Of a DNA stretch of 64,000 nt, positions 55,328 to 62,825 are shown one piece after another. Position numbers and translations under genes: made by a program. Source of the stretch: Candidatus Limnocylindria bacterium (GTDB lineage: Bacteria > Chloroflexota > Limnocylindria > Limnocylindrales > CSP1-4); the NCBI GenBank assembly GCA_035514295.1, contig DATKBB010000021.1, forward strand, positions 10,460-74,459, written 5' to 3'. The notes below the pieces were generated by a model. That model was not told the origin of the DNA, did not search any database, and saw only the letters and a list, made by a program, of their open reading frames with translations. Position 1 is the stretch's first letter. The number at the start of each line of letters is the position of its first letter.

Positions 55328-57313
55328 GTGAGCCCACGCAGATCTGCGCCGCCCCGGCCAAAGCGCGTGGCCGACGCTCCGCCGCCTGAGCACGATCAGG
55401 CCGGCCCGGCCGACGACGAGCCGGAGACCGAAGCCGACACGCCGGCGCCGGCGCTCGGTGAGCGGATCGCCCTCGACCCAGACGAGCCGCCCTACGAGCA
55501 GCGGCCGCGCCACTCGCGCGGCGACGACGTGCCGCAGCTGGGCAACGATGAGCTGGCGCGAGTCTTCTACGAGATCGGCGACATGCTCGAGATCCAGGGC
55601 GAGGTGCCCTTCAAGGTGGGCGCCTACCACCGCGCGGCGGAATCTATCGCGCATTCGCCGCTCGACGTGGCGCGCGCCTACCGGGACGGCTCGCCGCCAC
55701 GCCTGCCCGGCGTGGGCAAGGCCATCGACGAGAAGCTGGCCGAGCTGGCCGACACCGGCCGCCTGCGCTACTACGAGCGGCTGCGCCGGAACGTTCCGCC
55801 CAGCGTGGTCACGCTGCTGCAGGTGCCCGGCCTGGGTCCGCGCACGGCGGGCGGCCTGTGGCGCGGCGCCGGCATCGACTCGCTGGAGGCACTCGAGGCG
55901 GCCGCGCGTGCCGGGCGGTTGCGCCAATTGAAGGGCATCAGCGCGCGCACTGAGCAGCGCCTGCTTGAGGGCCTGGCCAACCTGCGCCGCCGGCCGCCCC
56001 ACAGGATGCGCCTGGGCACGGCGGCGGACATCGTCGAGCGGGTCGTCCGCGGCCTGAGCGACACGCCCGACGTCGGGCGCATCGAGCCGGCCGGCTCGTT
56101 TCGCCGCCGGCGCGAGACAGTCGCCGACATCGACATCCTCGTCGAGACCGATCAGCCGGCGGCGGTCATCGAGCAGCTGCACAACTCGGCCTGGGTCGAG
56201 CAGGTGGGCGGCCATGGCGGGCGGACCGGCGCGCACCGCACCACCGTCCAACTCTTGCGCGGGCCGCAGGTCGACCTGATGGCCATGCCCGCCGGCTCGA
56301 CCGGCACCTACCTCGTCCACTTCACCGGCTCGGCCGAGCACAACGTCCGCCTCCGCGCGATGGCCCGCGACAAGGGCTGGAGCCTTTCCGAACACGGCCT
56401 GGTGCGCCTGGGGGACGACGGCGAGCCCCTCCGCGGGCAGCAGTCGGAGCGCCTGACCTTCGCCACCGAGGAAGAGGTCTACGCCTTCCTGGGCCTGCCC
56501 TTCATCCCACCCGAGTTGCGCGAGGACCGCGGCGAGATCGAGGCCGGCCTGGCCGGCCGGCTGCCGGCGCCGGTCGAGCTGGACGACCTGCAGGGCGATT
56601 GCCACACCCATAGTGAATGGTCGGACGGCCATTACTCGATCGAGCGGATGGCCCGCGAGGCGATCTCGCGCGGGTTGCGCTGGCAGGTTCTGACCGATCA
56701 CTCGCAGAGCCTGACCATCGCCCGCGGCCTGACCCCCGAGCGCGTCGAGCAGCAGCGCCGGATCATCAGCAAGCTCAACCAGAGCTTTGCGCGCGAGGGC
56801 ACCGACTTCCGGCTGCTGCACGGCTGCGAGATGGAGATCAGGATCGACGGCCGGCTGGACTACGACGATGCGCTGCTGGCCCGCTTCGACGTGGTGGTGG
56901 CCTCACTGCATGTCGGCCGACGGCAACCGCGCAGCCAGCTGATGGAGCGCTACCGGGTGGCGCTGCGCAACCGGCACGTCGACATCATCGCGCACCCGTC
57001 GGGCCGCAAGATCGGCCTGCGCGACGACCTGGACCTGGAGTGGGACGCCTTCTATCGCGAGGCGGCCGAGACGGGCACGCTGCTCGAGCTGAACGGCTCG
57101 GACGAGCGGCTCGACCTGGACGACCGCCGAGCCCGTGCCGCGCTGGAAGCAGGCAACCGTTTCGTGGTCGACTCGGACGCCCATTACCTGCACGAATTCG
57201 AAAACCTGGGCTGGGGCGTCTCGCAGGCCCGGCGAGCGTGGCTCGAGAAGAAGGACGTCATGAACGCGCTGCCCGTGGAGCAGTTCCTGGCGCTGATCGC
57301 CGACAGGGGCTAG
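55328..57313 (+). CDS. polX: DNA polymerase/3'-5' exonuclease PolX (family X polymerase plus PHP domain)
   Basis: NDELARVFYEIGDMLEIQGEVPFKVGAYHRAA, HhH LPGVGKAI and VPGLGPRTA, catalytic ...ADIDILV..., PHP CHTHSEWSDG. Start is GTG 55328 (the G/C third-position bias continues) or GTG 55529. Confidence 0.85.
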   Translation: MSPRRSAPPRPKRVADAPPPEHDQAGPADDEPETEADTPAPALGERIALDPDEPPYEQRPRHSRGDDVPQLGNDELARVFYEIGDMLEIQGEVPFKVGAYHRAAESIAHSPLDVARAYRDGSPPRLPGVGKAIDEKLAELADTGRLRYYERLRRNVPPSVVTLLQVPGLGPRTAGGLWRGAGIDSLEALEAAARAGRLRQLKGISARTEQRLLEGLANLRRRPPHRMRLGTAADIVERVVRGLSDTPDVGRIEPAGSFRRRRETVADIDILVETDQPAAVIEQLHNSAWVEQVGGHGGRTGAHRTTVQLLRGPQVDLMAMPAGSTGTYLVHFTGSAEHNVRLRAMARDKGWSLSEHGLVRLGDDGEPLRGQQSERLTFATEEEVYAFLGLPFIPPELREDRGEIEAGLAGRLPAPVELDDLQGDCHTHSEWSDGHYSIERMAREAISRGLRWQVLTDHSQSLTIARGLTPERVEQQRRIISKLNQSFAREGTDFRLLHGCEMEIRIDGRLDYDDALLARFDVVVASLHVGRRQPRSQLMERYRVALRNRHVDIIAHPSGRKIGLRDDLDLEWDAFYREAAETGTLLELNGSDERLDLDDRRARAALEAGNRFVVDSDAHYLHEFENLGWGVSQARRAWLEKKDVMNALPVEQFLALIADRG

Positions 57314-58635
57314 AGACCCAGCACGATCCTGGCCACCAGGAAGTACACGACGAGTCCCGCCGCGTCGACAAGGGCCGTGATGAGGGGAACGCTCATGACC
57401 GCCGGGTCGACGCCGATGCGCTTGGCCACGAGTGGCAGCATGGAGCCCAGCACTGACGCGAGGGTGCAGGCGATGACCAGAGTGATCGATACGACTGCCG
57501 CTATCCCGCCATCGGTGAAGAGCGCGATCGGCCCGAACGCGATTGTGGCGAGCACGGCGCCGAGGAACAACCCGGCCACGCTCTCGCGGCTGAGCACCGG
57601 CAGGAGGTCCGCCATGCGGACCTCGCCGACGGCCAGCGCACGCGTGACGGTTGTCGCCGACTGCGCGCCGGTGTTGCCCGCGGTGCCGATGACCAGCGGG
57701 ACGAAGAAAGCCAGAGCCACGGCCGTTGACAGCGTTGCCTCGAACACCGACAAGACGTTGACGGTTATGGCGCCGGCGGCGAGGAACACCAGCAGCCAGA
57801 CGATCCGGCTGCGCGCGATGCCCAGGATCGAAACCGACAGGTAGGGGTGGGCCAGCGGCTCGGCGCCGCCGGCACGCGCGACGTCCTCGGTCTGCTCCTC
57901 TTCCAGGATCTCCATGGCGTCGTCGACGGTCACCACGCCGACCAGTCGGCCCTCCGTGTCGACGACGGGCAGCGCCAGCAGGTCGGCCTCCTGCATCAGC
58001 CGGGCCACCTGCTCCTGGTCCTCGTCGACGCGGGCCGAGTAGACCTCGCGGTCCATCAGCTCGCCGACCTTCTCGTCCGGCTCGGCCAGCACAAGGTCGC
58101 GCAGACCCAGCGCGCCCACCAACCGGCGGCTCTCGTCGGTCACGGGCAGGCCGTAGATCGTCTCGGCCTTGCGGCCGATCCGGCGCAGGCGGGCCAGCGC
58201 CTCGGCCACGGTCTGGTTGGCGCGCAGGTTGACCACCTCGGGCGACATCACGCGGCCCGCCGAGTTCTCCGGGTAGCCCAGCAGCGTGGCAGTCAGCGCG
58301 CGCTCGTGGGGCGAGAGCCCTGCGAGCAGGCGCTTGGCCACCTTGGCCGGCATCTCGTCGACCAGCCGGGCGCGGTCGTCGGGATCCATCTCCTCGAAGA
58401 GCTGGCGCACGCTGGCCTCGCGCAGTCCCTCCAGCAGCTCCTGCTGGTGAAGTGGGTCGAGGGCCTCGAAGATCTCCAGCGCGCGGTCCTTGGGCAGCAG
58501 CCGGAAGGGGATGGCGCGGTCGGCCGGATCGAGGCGGGCCAGCTCTTCGGCCACCTCGAGCGTGCCGGCTTCGGCCAGCCAGTCGTTCAGCGCCTCCATG
58601 TCGCGCGTGGCGACAAGTTCGGGCATCGTCGTCAA
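57310..58635 (-). CDS. mgtE: magnesium transporter MgtE
   Basis: MgtE_N, tandem CBS domains and a 5-TM C-terminal domain (...IVWLLVFLAAGAI..., ...GNTGAQSAT...). TTG at 58635 follows GGGAGG-N9. Confidence 0.9.
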   Translation of the reverse strand: MTTMPELVATRDMEALNDWLAEAGTLEVAEELARLDPADRAIPFRLLPKDRALEIFEALDPLHQQELLEGLREASVRQLFEEMDPDDRARLVDEMPAKVAKRLLAGLSPHERALTATLLGYPENSAGRVMSPEVVNLRANQTVAEALARLRRIGRKAETIYGLPVTDESRRLVGALGLRDLVLAEPDEKVGELMDREVYSARVDEDQEQVARLMQEADLLALPVVDTEGRLVGVVTVDDAMEILEEEQTEDVARAGGAEPLAHPYLSVSILGIARSRIVWLLVFLAAGAITVNVLSVFEATLSTAVALAFFVPLVIGTAGNTGAQSATTVTRALAVGEVRMADLLPVLSRESVAGLFLGAVLATIAFGPIALFTDGGIAAVVSITLVIACTLASVLGSMLPLVAKRIGVDPAVMSVPLITALVDAAGLVVYFLVARIVLGL

Positions 58636-58860
58636 GGCGACGCGCCTCCCATGGGATGTCGGGTTGATGCAGGTCGGACGGATTGAGCGAGGCGGGCGGG
58701 CCGCGGGCGATCCGCAGGCAGCATGCTAGGGCACGACGCCCCCGTCAACCAATGTCGCCGAGCGTCCGCCCCGGGTGCTGGCGCCCGCCGTCGATCGGGC
58801 AGCTGCCCGGGCGCCCGCCGCAATGAGTCCTCAGGGACCTGGCCTTCGTCGCCTGGGGTG
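58636..58860 (-). promoter_or_regulatory. GC-rich structured leader / promoter region upstream of mgtE (weak M-box-like traits, unverified)
   Basis: 14-bp palindrome CGGGCAGCTGCCCG (58796-58809) flanked by direct repeats GGCGCCCGCCG (58780-58790 and 58810-58820). Reverse-strand segments UGAGGACUC, GACGCUCGGCGACAUUGGUUGACGG and CCCUAGCAUGCUG loosely recall M-box blocks. Confidence 0.25.
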
Positions 58861-59028
58861 TGGCGATGATCGCGGTCGGCTGGCTGATGGTGCGGCCGTC
58901 GAGCGACCGGACCGGCCACGTTTGACACCTCATCGAGCGGGTGGTACAAGACTTGTGACCCCAAAGGACCCGCCAACGCGGTCGCCGTCGCGCGCCGCCC
59001 AGCACAGCCCACACCGCGAAGGACACGC

Positions 59029-59889
59029 ATGAGCTTTTCCATCACCGAGGGCGGCCCGTCGCCCAGCGTCAACGCAACACGCCTCAAGCGCCAGCTCGTC
59101 GAGCAGGCCATCGCCGCGGCCACCGCCGCCGACTGGCAGGCTGCCGCCGACCTCAACCGGCGCATCCTGGAGCTGGGCCCAGACGGCGAGGCTGAGAACC
59201 GGCTGGCCAAGTCGCTGTGGGAGCTGGGCGAGCTCGCCTCGGCGCGGGAGCACTACCAGGCCGCACTCGCCCTGGATCCCACCAACCGCATCGCCGAGCG
59301 CAACATCAACCGCCTGCGCATGCTGCTCGCCGAGGCCGGCAAGAAGACCGTCGCCGCCCAGCCCGGCAGCAAGGCGCCGGTCAGCATCTTCGTCGAGGAG
59401 ACCGGCAAGACCGGCTTTGCCCACCTCGTCGACCTGGCCAGCCCCAAGCAGCTGGCCCAGGTCAATCCCGGCGACGCGGTCGACCTCAAGCCGGAAGGAC
59501 CACGCCTGAAGGCGTGGTCGAACGGCGTGGAGATCGGTGTGGTCGAGCCGCGCGTCGCGGCCCGCCTGCTCAAACTGATCGCCGAGGGCAACAAGTACGC
59601 CGCCGGCGTGACCAGCCTGGGTGAGCGCGACGTGCGCATCATCATCCGCGAGGTTTACCAGGACCCGGCCAATTACGGCAAGGTTTCCTTCCCCACGGCG
59701 GCCAAGGTCAGTGACATGCGTCCCTACACCAAGGGCACGCTCGTGCGCGAGGAAATGGAGCTGGAGGAGGATCTCGAGCTCGACGAAGAGGACGACGAGA
59801 TCGAGGACATCGGCCGCATCCTGCCCGCCGAGGTCACCGAGGACGAAGCCTTCGTCGACGAGTCCGACGAGGAGGAAGAGGAGGACTAG
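59029..59889 (+). CDS. TPR-containing protein with a central beta-rich domain and a poly-acidic C-terminal tail
   Basis: The N-terminal roughly 100 aa are TPR-like (W..A..LN.RILELGPD...AE..LAKSLWELGEL..A.EHYQAALALDP.N..A). The tail is EEMELEEDLELDEEDDEIEDIG...EDEAFVDESDEEEEED. Confidence 0.6.
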   Translation: MSFSITEGGPSPSVNATRLKRQLVEQAIAAATAADWQAAADLNRRILELGPDGEAENRLAKSLWELGELASAREHYQAALALDPTNRIAERNINRLRMLLAEAGKKTVAAQPGSKAPVSIFVEETGKTGFAHLVDLASPKQLAQVNPGDAVDLKPEGPRLKAWSNGVEIGVVEPRVAARLLKLIAEGNKYAAGVTSLGERDVRIIIREVYQDPANYGKVSFPTAAKVSDMRPYTKGTLVREEMELEEDLELDEEDDEIEDIGRILPAEVTEDEAFVDESDEEEEED

Positions 59890-59913
59890 GCGGAGGCCCC
59901 GCAGGGCTCTCTC

Positions 59914-59932
59914 CAGGCGAGCGGCTCGCCTG
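59914..59932 (+). terminator. hairpin after the TPR/acidic-tail gene
   Basis: caggcgagc-g-gctcgcctg is a near-perfect palindrome 25 nt after the stop. Confidence 0.35.
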
Positions 59933-59960
59933 TCGGTCCGTCCGACGTACACTCGACCCA

Positions 59961-62825
59961 GTGTCGGACCCGCTCTCTTCGCTCATCAGGCAGAGCTCCA
60001 CTCCGCTGCTGCCTGCCTTCGAGCGGCTGGCCCCCCCGCCGCCCGAGAACCTGATCGCCGCCGAGCTGACCGCCCGCACGACGGCCGGCGACGTGGTGCT
60101 GGACCTGCACGCCCGCGGCGGCTGGATCGCGCGCAGTGCGATCAGTGCGCTACGGCGCATCTACACCTGCGAATCGTCGGCACTGACCAAGCTGCAGGCC
60201 GAGGTCCTCCTGCGGCCGCCCGACCTGCGCCACTTCGACGCCGCCATTGCCACGCTTGCCGCTCACCCGCGCGGCGACGTAGCCCTGCGCGATGCCCTCA
60301 GTGAGCCGTTCGCCTCGCGCTGCACGGTCTGCGGCCGCCCGATCGTCGTGGACGAGTTCATCTGGGAGGGTGACGCGGCGGCACCGGCGCGCAAGGTCTA
60401 CCGCTGCGCTTACTGCCGCCTCCAATCGCGCGGGCCGGAGCAGCGCAACGTGCCGGTGGACGAGGAGGACGTTGAGCGGGCGACCTCGATGGAGACCCCC
60501 GAGCGCGTGCTGATTGCCCTGCGCGGCCGCTTTCCCGTGCGCGAGGCAGGCCGCGAGCTGCCCGATGAGCTGCTCAACCTCTACACGCCGCGTACGCTGG
60601 TGGCCCTCGAGGCGATCATCGCCCGGCTGGAGAACGACCTGCGCGCGGCGCCTCTCACGGCCGCCCTGCGTCTGGGCCTGGTCTCGAGCATCCTGCCCAC
60701 CAGCAAGTTGAACAGCTATCCCGGCCGGGTGGCGGCGCTGCGCATCCAGCACGGCCGAGTCCGTCCGCCAGGCGAGCGGCAGTGGCGCGAGCGCAACCCG
60801 TGGCTGGTCTTCGAAGAAGGCTGCCGGCAGGTACGGTCTTTCGTGCAACGCGTCGAGTCCAACGCGGCCAGCTTCCAGCCGCGCCTTGGCGAGGAGCTCG
60901 AGGCGCTCATCGACGGCAGCGCCAACATGGTCCTGCGCAGCGGCAGCGCGGCCCTGCCGGCCAATCGGCCCTTCATCTCCGAGCGGCGCACGACCCAGTT
61001 CGGACGGCCCGACCCGCGCGGGCGCGTGCGCCTGGTGCTGACCCAGCCGCCGATCCGCTGGACGACCGAGAACCTCTCCTTCGCCTACCTGGCCAGCTCG
61101 CTGGCGCTGGGCCCCGAAGCGGCGGCCGAGCTGCCCCTGGAGTGGCTCCTCGGCACGCCGCCGCGCAACGAGCGCGGCCGTGAGGCAACCGCCCTGCGCC
61201 GCTCGCTGCTGGCCGTCGAGCCCGTGCTCTCGCCCGACGCCTCGGCCGTCGTGCTGCTCGATCGGGGCGGGCCGGAGGGGTTGGTGGCCGGCGTGCTGGG
61301 CGGCGTGGGCGCCGGCTTCCGCCTGACCTCGGCCCTTCTGAGCGAGGTGGGCGAGGAGATGGAGGGCGTGCTGGAGTTCAGCCTGCGCCCGCCGACGCAG
61401 GACCAGGCGGCCGAGCATCCCGAGCTGGCCGGCTTGACGCCCGCCGCCGTCGACGGTCCGTTCGAGCTGGCCGATGTCGAGCGCGCCGTCCGGGAAGTTG
61501 CCGTGGCCGTGCTCAAGGCGCGCGGCGAGCCGGCCCGTTTCGAGCGGCTCCTGGGCGAGGTTCTCATCGGGCTGGACCGCCTGGGCCACCTGCGCCGGCT
61601 GGTGGGCACGGAGACCTTCAGCCAGACCGAGGCACGGGTGGTCGCCGAGCTCGCCCAAGCGGAGGCCGGCCCAGGTCGGCCGCCGGCGGAGACCCCGACC
61701 GAAGGCGTGGCGGATGCCGAGGCGGATTCGGGCGCGGAACCCGAGGCGGATTCGGACGCGGAACCGGAGGTGGACACGCAACCTGCGGGACGGGCGCGCC
61801 GCTGGCTCTTCGAGCAAGCCCAGCAGGCTGGCGCGCCGCCCGGCATGGACGCCGACCCGGACGCCTCTCCGGAGGGGGAGGAGGAGCACACGCCGGCCTG
61901 GGCGCTGGGCTCGGGCTCGGCCACCGATCACGTCAAGCTGTTCATGGAGCTGGTCATGTCAGAGCTGCGCCGCCCGGACCACCCGCGCCTCACCGAGCTT
62001 GAACCGGGTCGCTGGTGGCTGCGCGACCAGCAGGACCTGGAGGAGGCGCGCCCGCCTCTCTCCGACCGTATCGAGTGGGCCATCTTCGGGCTTCTCTCGA
62101 CGGCGCGCAGCATCGACGAGAACGCCTTCTTCGACCGCGTCGCGCGCATGTTCCGCGGTCACGACGCGCCCGACGAAGAGCTCGTGCGGGCCATCCTGGA
62201 GAGCTATCGCGATCCCGAGGCGACGGAAGGATTGCTCAGCCCGCGCGATGACCTGGCCGGCCGCCATGCCGAGCACGGCACGCTGGTGGGCATGCTGGTC
62301 GAGTACGGACACCGGCTGGGCCTGCGCTGCTGGGCCGCGCCCCGCGAACAACGGCGCGCCTACCGCGAGGGCACGGTGGGCGACCTGCTGACCGAGGAAG
62401 AGCAGCGCGTCTACCTGCCGCTGGTCGTGCCCGGTGAGCCCGAGACGCTGGAGACCACGGACTGCATCTGGTACCTGCGCGGCCGCGCGGCGTTCCTCTT
62501 CGAAGTGGAGTGGACGGCGATGGTCAGCGACGTGCTGCTGCGGCGCGGGCCGCGCATCCCCACCTCAGATTCGCTCGTCCGTTTCCTGGTAGTACCGCCC
62601 GAGAGAGCCGAGCTGCTGCGCCTCAAGCTGGCCCGTTCGCCGCTGCTGCGCGAGGCCCTCGACAACGACAACTGGCATATTCTCAAGTCCGATCAGCTGC
62701 GCCGCCTGTTTGCGGCCGAGGAGGCCAGCCTCGACGCGCTGGGGCCTCTGCTGGGGCTCGATCCGGAGGTCGAGCGCCAGGCGGAGCAGCTCAACCTGTT
62801 CATGGACGAAGGAGCCCCCGCTTGA
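59961..62825 (+). CDS. large Zn-ribbon methyltransferase-like protein with degenerate catalytic motifs, an acidic repeat linker and a C-terminal endonuclease-like domain
   Basis: 954 aa, GTG start. VVLDLHARGGW sits where motif I (DPFxGxG) would be. Cys4 ribbon CTVCGRP...YRCAYC. LVLTQPPI sits where (D/N/S)PPY would be. C-terminus ...TDCIWYLRGRAAFLFEVEWT...RFLVVPPERAELL...NWHILKSDQLRRL. Confidence 0.65.
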   Translation: MSDPLSSLIRQSSTPLLPAFERLAPPPPENLIAAELTARTTAGDVVLDLHARGGWIARSAISALRRIYTCESSALTKLQAEVLLRPPDLRHFDAAIATLAAHPRGDVALRDALSEPFASRCTVCGRPIVVDEFIWEGDAAAPARKVYRCAYCRLQSRGPEQRNVPVDEEDVERATSMETPERVLIALRGRFPVREAGRELPDELLNLYTPRTLVALEAIIARLENDLRAAPLTAALRLGLVSSILPTSKLNSYPGRVAALRIQHGRVRPPGERQWRERNPWLVFEEGCRQVRSFVQRVESNAASFQPRLGEELEALIDGSANMVLRSGSAALPANRPFISERRTTQFGRPDPRGRVRLVLTQPPIRWTTENLSFAYLASSLALGPEAAAELPLEWLLGTPPRNERGREATALRRSLLAVEPVLSPDASAVVLLDRGGPEGLVAGVLGGVGAGFRLTSALLSEVGEEMEGVLEFSLRPPTQDQAAEHPELAGLTPAAVDGPFELADVERAVREVAVAVLKARGEPARFERLLGEVLIGLDRLGHLRRLVGTETFSQTEARVVAELAQAEAGPGRPPAETPTEGVADAEADSGAEPEADSDAEPEVDTQPAGRARRWLFEQAQQAGAPPGMDADPDASPEGEEEHTPAWALGSGSATDHVKLFMELVMSELRRPDHPRLTELEPGRWWLRDQQDLEEARPPLSDRIEWAIFGLLSTARSIDENAFFDRVARMFRGHDAPDEELVRAILESYRDPEATEGLLSPRDDLAGRHAEHGTLVGMLVEYGHRLGLRCWAAPREQRRAYREGTVGDLLTEEEQRVYLPLVVPGEPETLETTDCIWYLRGRAAFLFEVEWTAMVSDVLLRRGPRIPTSDSLVRFLVVPPERAELLRLKLARSPLLREALDNDNWHILKSDQLRRLFAAEEASLDALGPLLGLDPEVERQAEQLNLFMDEGAPA
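61720..61776 (+). repeat. 24-bp tandem repeat (about 2.3 copies) in the acidic linker of the 954-aa gene
   Basis: gaggcggattcgggcgcggaaccc / gaggcggattcggacgcggaaccg / gaggtggac encodes EADSGAEP-EADSDAEP-EVD. Confidence 0.8.

Noticed and set aside
57310-57313. Convergent PolX and mgtE stop codons sharing the palindrome CTAG
   Set aside because: It is real but trivial, a consequence of tight packing. There is no evidence of function, although it leaves no room for terminators between the convergent genes.
58632-59210. ORFs of 85 to 192 aa in the mgtE / TPR-gene divergent region
   Set aside because: Arg/Pro/Gly-rich composition, no RBS and no family resemblance. The region is better explained as promoters and leader.
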